64,000 nt of DNA, from assembly GCA_043228905.1 (NCBI GenBank), contig JBHGNT010000009.1:8990001-9054000 (forward strand), in the 5' to 3' direction. A program made the translations under genes and the position numbers. The notes under the pieces are model-generated. The model saw nothing but the letters and a program-made list of their open reading frames with translations. It was not told where the DNA came from and did not search any database. The stretch comes from Azolla caroliniana. Taxonomy: Eukaryota; Plantae; Polypodiophyta. Every line of letters starts with the position of its first letter. Within the stretch, counting starts at the first letter, position 1. Shown piece after piece: positions 51,342-63,700 of the stretch.

Positions 51342-54305
51342 TGTTGTGGAGAAAACCGGCCTTAGGCGGAATCAGTGTAAAAGGTGCATGAATCAGCCCT
51401 TACGCGTGGGCACAAGTATTGATAAGTTGTATATAATTAGGAATAGGTCGGTTGATGTAAATATACTAGATAGTACACATTTATTAGCTAGGAAATCGAT
51501 GCGTATCTCTGTCCGAAGGGACAGGGAATAAAGATGATGTATTCAGGATGTGACGGCCCTTTGAGGCAGCCTATAAAAGAGAGGGGAGAAGGCCGAAACA
51601 GGTATCGTCTTTTGGCGAGGACAGAGTGTTGTCGGACTAGGGACCGATCTTTCTCCACCTCTATCGTTGTTCTCTACAGGTTTCTGGAACGGTTGCACCT
51701 GCTTCGAGGAAAGCCCGAGTGCTTCTAGCAGAGGCTCCACTGCGTGCATGCAAGTGTGTGCGTGTGTTAGGTCTGTTACCTGCGTGCCGGTTGTAATCTC
51801 ATGGGCGTTGTAACCCTTTATAGTTGGAATTAATTTCTAGTTCATTGTCTCTCTGTGTTTCTGTGTGTTTTCCCCTTCCAATGTCTGGTGGGTGTGCATC
51901 TCTGTTCGTTCTGTACACGCGATCGTGATTCATTTGGCCGGTAAGCGCTGCTTGCCGAAAGCCGGCGTCCGCTGGTTTGACGCTTGCGCTCTCCTCTCTC
52001 CCCTTGTTTCTTGCACTCCTTGGTCCAAGGCCTCCGTGGTCCCACCTTAGTTTCCTACGCGAGAGCGTAACAACACGACATATTTGGTGAACCCGACGTG
52101 AAACAAGGCGGCAAAGGAGTCGAAGATGAGGGGATCAGAGCTTGCCGAAGCCATGGCGACAACTGTTGATCGAATAGTAAGTGCTCGCGAGGGCACAGGC
52201 GCCCTCGATAGGGCCATCGAAGCGATTGTCAACACAATAGGCCGGTTAGTGGGAAGAACGCCACGAACTATTTAGAGGCCTACCAAGCCGAGATGGTGAT
52301 GAGGGACATCTCAGAGGACAGGCGGCTGGCTGGATTCCCTCGGGTGGCAACGTCGGGCATCCACGCAGAGGTGCTCAAGGTACAAGTTGGGTGCCGGAAC
52401 TGGGAAGAATTCGAAGGTTAGCTCCTCAAGAAGTACGGGCTCGATGACGCGCATCGGTTATCGAAGCGGGACTTCATGGAATGGGTGGAGACCCCCGGAG
52501 AGGGGAGGAACGCGTCGACGCGCCTCCGGGAGTTTGAGGAACGCTTCACGCGGTACTGGACAAGACCATGGTAGACACGAGCTGTGTCCTGTTGTTCGTC
52601 AAAGTGGTGGACGTGCGGGATCGGGATCAAGTGGTTAAAAGAGTCTGCAACCGTTTCGACAAGCGGCGTGAGTGGGGCGACGAAGGTTCGTCGTCGGCGA
52701 GACCCGTTCCGGCAAGGAAGTTCGAGGAACCTTCGCCGACACGAAAGGAGGAAACCCGGGATTGGCTTCAGACGAGCTCGACCTCGACCGGTGTGGTCAA
52801 GGGCCCATCTGGAGGAGCGGCTCTGGAAGAGTTGACTCAGATGGTGTGCGATCTCCAGATCGCGCAGGCCTGGAGAGACAACGGCGAACTGTCTCAGGAC
52901 CGGAGACCTCCGACAGGGCAGCGGTGCATGTGGTGTGACACGGTCGATCACATCCGGAAGGAGTGTGCTGACTTCGCAGAAGCACTGAGGACTAACGTTG
53001 TGTACCTGTGGAATGGGCGGGGGCACGCTAGTGCGACCCGGAAAGCCTCGGAGTTGAATACCGAGTGCCGCGGAATGAAGCGGCTGATGGAAGAAACCGC
53101 GGCGTGACACACTGAAGCCATTCACTACTCGGCATCGACCGGAATCTGAGTAGGGAGTGACGACAACAACAAAGGGACGAAGGACTCTGGATTCTGGCCA
53201 TCGGTGCTACGAGGCCTCTTTGGAGTAAGACTAAGGAAGGAGGAAAGGAACCGCGCGGAGAAGCGGATCCGGGAGGTTACCGGATGGGACGAACCGGTCG
53301 AGGAGAAGACCGGTTTCGTAGAAGCCGCGTGCTGGTGGAGGACAAGAGAGCAGGGAAGGCCGGGGGAGCCGGACCTTCAAAATGGTACGAGACACGGAGC
53401 GGACCGGGGAAGAACGATTCCGGTAGTTCCAGTCTGCAAGATCGGATGAAGCAGGCCGGTTACCGGTTGGGCACCGAGATAGAGAGGACGACGGACTTGC
53501 GAAATGTTGGTGGAAAGAGACTATTCGAGGTTGCACTGGGCTAGAGCCACTACGGAGACCCTCGTTCGGATCGGGGACGTCCAGGAGCCATTGGTGGCGT
53601 TGATAGACCACGGTTTCGAGATCAACCTAATGTCTATGGACTTCTATAAGAAGGGAAAGTGGCTGATCAACACCAAGCACGGGTGGAAGATACGCGTGGC
53701 AACGCGCGCCACGGAGGACCTGCACGGGACCTACCCGAATGTATGTGTGAAAATCGGCGATGTCGAGATTGACCAACACTTCTTCGTGCAAGAGACACCC
53801 TCGCACTCGATGATACTCGGTGAACCGTATATTACGGCGGCACGCATGGAGACAAAGGTGTTGGATAACGGTTCGGCATACGCACGCGTGAAGAGCCAAG
53901 ATGGATGACATTCCGTCCAATTTCTGACAATGCGACCGAACCATGAGCGTAACCGCGAGACCCTCGGCGGCGATAGTCAAGGGGATTTTTAGAGAGGGCT
54001 ATCAAGGCGTGGGGCCGCGATAGTCCGGACACCCCAGAGGAACCCCACACGTGTACCATTGGTAGGAAATTTTGGTTCTTCGACAATGGAGGTTGTACGA
54101 TAACCGACATTAGCGGTCAGGCAAAGAAGCGGGCAGAGGAACATCTCAGGGCATGCAAAGTCCTTGGCCCCGATGAGGAGATTAGCAGCACCGTGGAGGC
54201 AGTCTCTTTCAACAACACCTTGGGAGAATTAAGGAAGGCGCTCGAAGAAGGCCTCAGTGAAGACCAGACGATTCCAGTTTGTTCGGAAAGGATGTACGAA
54301 GCCAT
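51342..54305 (+). mobile_element. 5' part of a tRNA-Trp-primed Gypsy element (LTR 51342-52080, PBS 52085-52102, decayed gag and protease)
   Basis: LTR TGTTGT...ACGACA with TATA at ~51572. TGGTGAACCCGACGTGAA complements the plant tRNA-Trp 3' end as I recall it. CMWCDTVDHIRKEC knuckle; protease ALIDHG.EINLM. Confidence 0.85.
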
Positions 54306-54862
54306 TGTTGATGTTATTCCTTAGGGCCGGACAATGGCCTAACACAAGGTGTCTACGGAAGACACTTCACCAAAGGGGTGTTACGGCGAGATAACTTAAG
54401 ACTCAACGATTAATCAGACTTTAATTGGTTACTTAGCAATATGGCATTAGACTTGATACACGCGTATGATAAAACAATTAGCACAAAATGGTAATCAACA
54501 CTTAAAGATAAAAAAAGAAGCTCTATTAATTATCCGTCCCAGTTTTACATTATAACCGGGCCTTTATATAGGTCACCGGTGCTGAGTACAAAATGGTGCC
54601 AACCGGCACCTGTTCAGAACCGGTCCAGATCCGGATCGGCATACCGATTCCGGTCCGTCTGTTCACGTCTCATAAACTACTTAATTATAATAGATTCTGA
54701 ATATATTATCCCTTTCACATTCTAGTCTTTAACTCCTTTGCCGACCGGGTAACACATGGCACGCCCGTGGGATAGTACCTTGTACGTCGAATCCCACTAT
54801 CCGGCCCTTAGCCTTCGTCCAAGATATCCCGAATACTCTGCTCCAAGGTGTCCAATGGTTCT

Positions 54863-57339
54863 TCAGGAATCTGTTGTTGTTGTTGTGGCTGTGGCTGTTG
54901 CTTCGGCTCCGGCTCCTCCGACTGTTGCTCCTTGGGTGGCGTCTGTTCGACTCTTGGTACCGGCGGTGATTCCTCCGTTTGTTAGCATGTAGCAGTCGTC
55001 GCCATCCTTCTGCTGGTTTTTCGCGTCCGCCCTTAGCAACTGGAACTCAGCTGTGTGCTTTGCCCATTTGTCCCACCATTGCATGGAGCTTTCGTCAATC
55101 AAGCATTTTGTCTTGTTCCTCCATGCCTGGACAATGAACTGGATCTGCTCAAGTCCCATCTTCGATTTGTCCTCCGCGGCTTGCCGTTCTTCCTTCAATT
55201 GCTTGATCAGCTCCACCGTGTCCGCCTCCTGCTCCGGGTAATGTGACAATTGGTTTTGGTAGGTGTTCTGCAACCTCTGCAATACCATTGTCACTCTTTT
55301 CTTTTCTTCATAATGCTGCTTTTGGAGCTCCATACGTTCCTATGCGGCTTCCTCCAGTAGCGTTGTTCTTTCAGCCCGTTCTTCAGCTGGCACTGTCTCG
55401 GCTTGATGAACTTCCTGCCGGAGCTCTGCCATCTTCTCTTGCTGCTTCTTATGCTCCGTATCCAGGTGCTTATAGTCCTGGTGTAGGTGCTCAAAATCAT
55501 CGGTCTTCTACTTCAGCTTCTGGTTGAGTTGCCGGCGAGCGCGGTTTTCCCGATCTTTCTGTTGACGGAGTTCTTCTTTAAGTCTTTCAATCTCCGTTTC
55601 TGCCATCCATCGCAGCTTATCCTTTTCTTGCAACACTTTCTCTTTCTCCTCCTTAAGCCGGTCATATGCCTAATGTCCTTTCCGCAGATTCTCTTATGCC
55701 CGGCGGAAGCTCTGAATAGTCTTTCTTTGTTCTTCTTCTGCCACTTTCTTCAAGTCCCTTTCTCGGGTGCGTAATGCTTCTTGTGCGGCCAGTTCATCTT
55801 TCAATTCGGCAAGCTCTTTCGCTTGCGCCGCCACTGTCTCCGGGACTGGTTCCGTCTCTGGTGTCTTATTACTATGCACAGGTGCTGGTGTGTCGTTATT
55901 ATGTACATCTACCGGAGTCACCGGTGCTTGCATATGTGGTTTGGTTAAGGCCATTTTGGCCAATTCCTCTGTGGCTAGGTCCAAGTCTTGTTCTAGGCTC
56001 TGGATCCTTGACCGGGCCGTCTCTAGTTCTCCGGGTGTGACTAGCAACCAGTCCATCTGTGCTTTCTCTTCCGCCTCTATGTAGTGCACCACTCCAGCAA
56101 TCTGTTCTCCAACCCACCGGAGCCATTGGCTGCCGGTGCCCTGTTGTTGCGTCTGCACGGAGGGTTGGCTGTTGGTTCCACTAGCCAGTGGTCGGTCTCG
56201 TCCGGTGGCGTCGAGCTGCAACTTTGTCTCTGGTTGGTGACCACTTTGCCATTCTGGTTCCAATTGCATCTCCGTTGGCCGCTCCTCCTCTGATTGTTGT
56301 TGACCTGCCGGTGGGGGAGGCAACTATACTCCCGACGCTTGAATTTCGGGTCTTGCCATATCCTGACCCGCCGATATAGCTTGTTGTGCAGGGAGCTTTG
56401 TGACCGGTTTCGGTTCCACCCTTGGTGCGGGATGCTCGGTGCGGGTTAGAGGCGTTCCATCCTTCTTTGGGTCTGAACGCTCCCCGGCCAGTTCTGCGGT
56501 GCTTGCCTTTTGGCGCCGCTGGAGGTGCTCTAACGGTTCCTCCTCTGCTTCCTCCTCCTGAGTCCCGAAGTTGATTTTTGCTGCCAAGGGGTTCGGCTCT
56601 TGTTGAACCGGTCGGTGAAATCTGATCTTGATTGGCCGTGCCGGTGTCTCCTCTTGCGTTTCTACCAACCGCTTGCTATTGGCGTGCTCTTTTGCCGCCT
56701 TGTCCGTGTCGGCCGCCTTCCCTTTGGGTGCCTTAGAGGTCAACAACTGTTGTCATTTCGAAGCCGTTTTCGGGGTGCCTTTGGTCGTTCTCCCCCACTT
56801 CGTGGTCTTGACGGGCTCAATAGGTGGTGCCAATAGGGTGAGCCACTGCGCCACTATAGTTCATATTTTCCGACCCTCCTCGCCTCTTACAGAATTGATG
56901 GCCGCACAGAGGCCGTCCGCAATCAGTACCGGCCAGTCCACCTTCACGCCTTCATACGTTGCTATGACTAAGCCGGCTCGGTTTTGAGGCATGCACGGGG
57001 GTCGAGGGTATACATGTCCAAATTCATGGCGCACACGAGCAATCTCTCTAAATAATGTATCTTCGCCGCCCTATGTCCTGTAGGCCTTGTTGGCCAGAGA
57101 GTATTTGCCAAAATATTTTTGGAGCTGCTCCGGGGTAGGGTTCTCGATAGTGAAGATGCCCCCCTCCGGAAGGCCATCAAAGCATGGATGGCCTCCTCTG
57201 TGATCAGCTCTATGTCGATTTCCTTTACTATCTTCTCCGCCTCCCGGTGCGGTGGCGCCTCCATGATCGTGAGGAAACCTTCTAACCCGTGTTACCTTAG
57301 CCACTTCTTGGCTGCTTGAGAGAGTGCTTGGCAGTCCAT
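54863..57339 (-). pseudogene. Extra 3' ORF of the Gypsy element (~2.5 kb, degenerate): globular N-domain, low-complexity linker, coiled-coil C-terminus
   Basis: Chain of same-strand ORF pieces (56968-57264, 57071-57457, 56324-56746, 55694-56323, 55291-55500, 54863-55333) from the ATG at 57339. Confidence 0.7.
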
Positions 57340-57767
57340 GGCTTCTTCGAGGTTGGTGAGCGCTGGTGAGGGATGTGTGTGAGGAGGCTCTGTGTGCGTG
57401 GGCTCGCGTCTGATGATCTTCAATCACTTGTCTACGTTTGTGCTCCTCTGTTCGCAAAATGTGAAGACCTCTATGCGGTGGGGGTTTTCTTGCTGCATGT
57501 TGGCGCCTGTTTTTCTTTCCCGCACGTGTGCACGTCGTGTACTAGAATAGAATGAAGTGCCATGTGGTGGCGGTTTAATACGCTATTAATAGCCCACTAC
57601 GTACCTTTTCAAAGTGCCTGTTCACTCCTTGTTCTTGCATGTGTCCGTTCACACCTCGCCCTTGCATGATTTACTTTTATTTGATTTGATTTGTTTTTTT
57701 ATTTTTAATAAAACTGTTTGGTTAATTCGCATCCGGTCCCACTGGACCCCTATCCGAATTGTGGGAC

Positions 57768-60710
57768 TTACCGGCCGATTGATTGCGCGTCGTTCTTGCC
57801 ATTTGCCGGCTCGTGCTCCCTCTTACCGGCTTCGCGCTTGCCATTTGCTAAACGTGTTGCCGTCTCTTCCGACTTATCGGTATTTGGTTCTATGTCGGCC
57901 TTTACTTGTTCAAATGGGTTTCTTGGCATGGGTCCATTGTATGGTTTGAGTCGGAACCCATTGACCCATTTACCCAGAACCTTGCCGGCGAGTGTCCCTA
58001 ACTGGTAGGAACCGTTGAACTCACGCGTGATCCAGTATGGCCCGGTCCACCGAAACCGTAGCTTCCCCGGCATCTTACCCATCCGGATCTGGAATACTAG
58101 TACCGGTTTACTGATTCCGAACATCTTTTCGTTCCCTTTTCGGTGACGATCCACGAACGTTTTCCTTCGCCGCTGCTCAAGTTCGAGGTGCATGATGCTG
58201 GCTAGCCGGTGTTCTTCCAATTCGCACAACGCGGCTAACAGGATCGCTTCTAATTCCTTCTCATTTAGGCGTTCCCGAATCTGTATTCGTAAACTCGGTA
58301 CCTAGAACTCGACCGGCATCACTGCCTCCAATCCGAATGCTAGGCGAAACGGTGTTGTGCGGATACTTGTCTTATATGCCGTTCGATAAGCCTAGAGTGC
58401 ACTGTGTAGCTTTGTATCCCAATCCGTCCGGTTCTCATTGACGATTTTTCGAAGGATGTTCTGTAGTGTTTTATTTGTTGACTTGGCTAATTTGTTGGCT
58501 TGCGGATAATAGGGAGTGCTCCATTTATGCACCACCGCATAGAATGTCGTCAAACTTTCCACCACTTGCCCTAAGAAGTGGCCACCTTGGTCACTTATTA
58601 GCTCTATTGGACATCCATACCGGCACCAGATGTATTCATATAAAAAATTTGCCGTTGATGCCACGGTGTTGTCGCGTAGTGCTTTGGCTTCCACCCATTT
58701 TGTGCAATAATCCGTAGCGACAATCACGTACCGGTTGCCGGTTCTCATTGTTGGTGGTTTGAATGGACATACAAAATCCAGTCCCCATTTCTGAAATGGT
58801 TCTAACGGTAGCACGGGCTGGTGAGGCATCCTGGCTTGTTTGGTTGGTTGGCCCATTCGTTGACATAGGTCACATTCTTTAGCGTACCGGATTGCATCCT
58901 TCAATGTTGTTGGCCACCATAGTACACTCTGCCATATTTTCCTTGCCGTAGCGTCTCCGGCATAATGTCCTCCAGCAACTCCGTAGTGTGCTTCGCGCAA
59001 TATTATGTCCTTTTCGTCGCTGCGCACTGCACGCCGCCATATGCCATCCGCGCCTTTGTGGTACAATGTGTCCTGTAATAGAAAGAAGTGTCGGCTTTGA
59101 ACAGCTAAGCGTTTCCTCTCGTCTCTGTTCATCTCCTCCGGAGGTAAGCCGGTGCTCAGAAATTGGTGCATGTTGGTGAACCACTTGTCTTCCTCTGCGA
59201 CCGTACCATCCGTTGTCGTTTCTGCTGTGACTCTAAATAGCTCTGCATCCGGGAAATCGTTTGGGACGCCGTCACCGGTTTCGCCGAAATCTAACCAGCT
59301 CAAATAGTTTGCTACTGCATGTTGTATGCCGGGTCCGTGGAATCTCTCGAACTTGAATTCTTGTAATAGTAACGTCCACCGGGCCAACTTATCAGTGAGT
59401 GATGCTTTGGACACCAAATAGAGGAGCGCCGAATGATCTACGTGAAAGGAAAATTTCCTTCCCAACAGATAGTGTCTAAACTTGGTGACACTGTAGATCA
59501 TGCCCAAGGCCTCTCTTTCCGTTGTGGAATAATTACGTTCTGCTTGGGATAGCTTCCGACTGGCATAATACACTGGCCGGTACCACTTCGGTTCTGTAAG
59601 TTGCATAAGCGCGCTCCCGATTGCGATGTCGGGCGCGTCAACGAACACATGGAACTCTTTAGACCAATCCAGAGGTTGCACCACCGGTGCTTGTGACAAT
59701 AGTACTTTTAGTTCCCGGTAAGCTTTGTCTTCTGTGTCCGTCCATTGGAACGGTGTCCAATGTACCGCAACATGCAATGGTGTAGCCAGGTTTGCCAAAT
59801 ACCAGAGCATTCGGCTGTGCCACCGAATTTGTCCTAAGAACCGGCTTAATGCCGGTGCCTCCAAAATAGCTTTGACCTTGTCCGGATCCACTACAATACC
59901 GTCCTTGCTGACAATGTGGCCAAGTAACGCTCCGCTGGACACTCCGAACACGCATTTTGCCGGGTTAAGGCTTAGCCGGTAAACCCTACATTTCTCCAGA
60001 CATAGTCGGAGGTGCTGAAGGTGATCCCCTTCTCGGCTATAAACAACGAAGTCATCCAAGAACACCTGCATGAATGCTAGAATGAATTCTTTGAAAATCT
60101 CCATGATGATCCGCTGGAAAGTTGTCGGTGTTGTTTTCAGTTCGAACATCATAACTACAACAACAAAGACTCCCCATTCGGTGACAAAAGCGGTTTTCTC
60201 CTGGTCGTCGGGGTGCATCCGGATCTGATTATAGCTGCTGAAACCGTCTAGAAAACTGTACACCTCATGACCTGCGACCGCATCCAAGACTCCATCCATG
60301 AATGGAAGTGGAAAGGCGTTCGTTACCGTAGCCGCATTCAATTTCCGGTAGTCGACGCAAACTCTTGTCTTATCGTTCTTTTTTGGAACTACGACTATCG
60401 GACTGAGCCATGTGGCTTTTTTTACCGATCGGATGAGGCCAACCCTTAGCAACTTGTCAATTTCTTCTTTGACTTTTGCTGCGTAATTCGGGTTCATCCG
60501 GTAACGTCGTTGCACTACCGGTTTGGTGTCTTTACTCAGATGTATCTAGTGTTGATACAACCGAGGATTGAGTCCCCGCATGTCCTCATAGGACCAGGAG
60601 AACACATCGCGAAATTCTTTTAGGAGTGTGATCATTGCCGTTTTGTTCTCCGGGGTCATTTCCTTGGCGATGTGAACCGGTCTTGCGTCCTCTATGGTAC
60701 CTAGGATTAC
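57768..60710 (-). pseudogene. pol: Gypsy pol (RT-RNase H-integrase) with few disruptions
   Basis: WLSPIVVVPKK, CVDYRKLN, FLDD, YYASRKL...NYSTTERE, H..GGH...CDLCQ, WGLDF, SDQG, RWTGPY. Confidence 0.92.
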
Positions 60711-63700
60711 TGTTGGGAGACAGGTCCCTCCGGATGGGAAGGGAGAAAAACAGTGCCGGATGAACAAACTCGGCCGAGGCCGAAACCGTATGAGGAGGAC
60801 CCGGCTACGGAGAGCCGGATGGTACAGGCCCGGTATGAACCGGATGAGGAGTACCCTGCTACGGAGAGCCAGATGGTGGAGGCCCGGTATGAACCGGATG
60901 AGGAATACTCGGCTACGGAGAGCCGGATGGTGCAAGCCCGGTATGAACCGGATGAGGAGTACTCGGCTACGGAGAGCCGGATGGTGCAGGCCCGGTATTA
61001 ACCGGATGAGGAGTACCCGGCTACGGAGAGCCGGATGGTGCAGGCCCGGTGTGAACCGGATGAGGAGTACCTGGCTACGGAGAGCCGGATGACGCAGACC
61101 CGGTGCGAATCGGAGGAAGAGACATATTCGTAAATATGTTTCTAAGAGCCCATCGAGGCTACATTTGTAAATAGCCGAAAAGTCATATTAGTATAAATAT
61201 GACTTAGGGCAAACTTTATGTGTTGTTGTCATTTTTCCTTGTTGGTGCAAGAAGAAGAGAGAGTGCGTAATTGTACAGAGAGAGAGAGAGAGACGAGGTC
61301 ATTGCCTCTGTTGTAACCGCCGCCTGTGGCGAAGATCTATGAGCACGAGGTCGTTGCCTCAGTGAACTCACTGTTGTATATTCCTACATAGTGACAGTTT
61401 GCAGCCTGTGGGCTGCCGTGGTTTTTCCCCTAGTTTGGGGTTTTCCACGTAAACCTCCTGTGTATTCTCTCCTTCTTTGTGTCGCATTTTATTTCTCGTT
61501 TTTTTGTGTATCATTCTAACCTCGGTTGTGGCCGAGCGTTGCGCATAAAGAACGTTGCGTTCCCTACAAGTGGTATCAGAGCGAAATCGACACAGAAAAT
61601 GGACGAATCGTTTGGGGGCATGTTCAAGCTCACCGGCTCCAACTATTTAGTGTGGAAGTCGAAGATGAGGGACATGCTTGTTGTTAAAGACCTTTGGCTG
61701 CCGGTTCAGTTCGGGGACAAGAGACCGAACAAAATCGACGCCGCGATATGGGAGGTGATGCACATGAAGACAACGGCGTACATACGGTGCTTCATTGACA
61801 TGAGCCTATACAACAACTTCAATGAAGAGAGCAAGGCTCATGAGCTCTGAGAGAAGATCGGCATAATGTTTCAGAACAAAAATGCTGTCAATCAGGTGTC
61901 GGTATTCCGGAAGCTAGTAAGACTCCGGTACCAAGATGGCTCCAGCATGGCGGAGCACATGAATGCCTTCCAGGGGCTAATCCACCAGGCAACTTCATTG
62001 GAAGTACCTCTCGCGGATGAGGTACTAGCGCTGCTCCTGCTCGGTTCCCTCCCGGATAGCTGGGAGATGTTGGTTGTCACATTGGGCAATGCCAGGCCGG
62101 AAGGAAAACGGCTATCCCTAGCAAGAGTAAAGTCGAGCTTACTAGATGAGGAGGCGCGTCGGAAAGATAAAGATACGAGCTCCGACTCCAAGGCGCTCCT
62201 TACCGAATCGGAACGCGGAAGACATAGAAACCATAGTCCCCAGAACCGGGAGAAGTCGGGGACACGGTCAAAGTCAAGGGGGAGGCCCACTTGCTTCTAT
62301 TGCGGCAAACCGGGTCACTTCCAAAAGAACTGTCGGCATTTCCGTAAAGACAAGGAAACCGACAGTACCGATTCGAAGCAAACCCCGGATCGGAACGGTA
62401 AAGACCGGAGAGGGCCGGACCGGAAGGGAACGACGGCAATCGCGGCAAGTGAAGAAGAGTTGATGCTCATCACCGAGGAGAGTGAGATAAACCTTGCCGG
62501 CGACGAGATGACCTAGGTGGTAGACTCCGGAGCATCGTTCCATCTTACCCCGGACCGGAAATGCTTCTCATCCTACTCAGCTGGTGATCACGGCTGTGTC
62601 TGGATGGGGAATGAAGGTACATGCCGAATTGTCGGCATAGGAGACGTGTGGCTGTCGACACCAACCAGATGCAAGTTGCTGCTGAAGGATGTACGACACG
62701 TTCCGGAGGTTCGACTGAACTTGATATCAGCCGGTCGGCTAGATGATGAAGGCTACACGGGTAGCATCCGGAACGGTGTCATGAAATTCAGCAAAGGTAG
62801 CTTGATTGTGGCTCGGGCCCGGAAGGTAAACACACTGTACCTGATGAATGCCCGGTTATGTCCGGAAGAAGTGAACGTGGCATCCGACACTGCCGGTGAG
62901 CTGTAGCACAAGAGACTGTGTCATATGAGCGAGAAGGGGATGAAGAGGCTTGCAGACGACAACCTCATTCCAGTAAAGAACGTGCACTTAGAGAAGTGCA
63001 TTGATTGTCTGGCCGGTAAGCAGAACCGGACCTCTTTCCGACCAAGGCCACCGATGAGACGTAATGCACCACTGGAGTTGGTGCATACGGATGTGTGTCA
63101 AGTAGACACGAAGTCACATGCCGGAGCGCAGTACTTCGTGACGTTCATAGATGACCACAGCCGGAAGCTGTGGGCCACACCGTTGAAGACGAAGGATCAG
63201 GTGTTATCTGTCTTCAAAGAGCTCCACGCGAGAGTGGAAAGAGAAACCGGCCGGAAGCTGAAGGCGGTTCGAGCAGATAACGGAGGAGAGTACCGGGGGC
63301 AGTTCGAGGAGTACTGCTGCTCGAAGGGAATCCGGCTCGAATTTACCGTGCCGAAGATGCCGGAACTAAACGGACTGGCCGAGAGGATGAACCGGACCAT
63401 AATGGAGAGGGTCCGGAGTATGCTAGCGCATGCAAAACTACCCAAGAAGTTTTGGGCTAAGGCACTGTCGACGGCGACATATGTGATAAATAGATCACCC
63501 TCAGTACCCTTGGACGGAGACACGCCACAGAGAGTGTGGACCGGTAAGGAAGTATCCTACCGGTATCTGAAGGTGTTCGGGTGTCTCGCGTACGTGCATG
63601 TAGCTAAGGACCGGAGAGGAAAGCTAGATCCAAAGACCCGGCCATGCATATTCCTCGGTTACGGTGACGATGAGTTTGGCTATCGAGTGTGGGACCCGGT

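Larger units (their letters stand above)
54306..60710 (-). mobile_element. 3' part of a non-chromoviral Gypsy element (pol, extra 3' ORF, LTR 54306-54754)
   Basis: RT (VFLDDF), RNase H and integrase in 58392-60515 and 57768-58229; LTR TGTT...AACA with a minus-strand TATA at ~54562-54572; cut at 60710 by a Copia insertion. Confidence 0.88.

Noticed and set aside
52418-53125. 235-aa antisense ORF
   Set aside because: Shadow frame of GC-rich gag; no independent coding signal.
54757-54830. Functional tRNA-Arg gene
   Set aside because: The anticodon arm is missing and the T-loop is interrupted. Kept only as a tRNA-derived priming-site candidate.
60694-61092. Arg-rich repetitive ORF / CRISPR-like periodicity
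   Set aside because: The units are head-to-tail 54-bp repeats with no unique spacers, inside an LTR of a eukaryotic locus. The ORFs arise because 54 is a multiple of 3.
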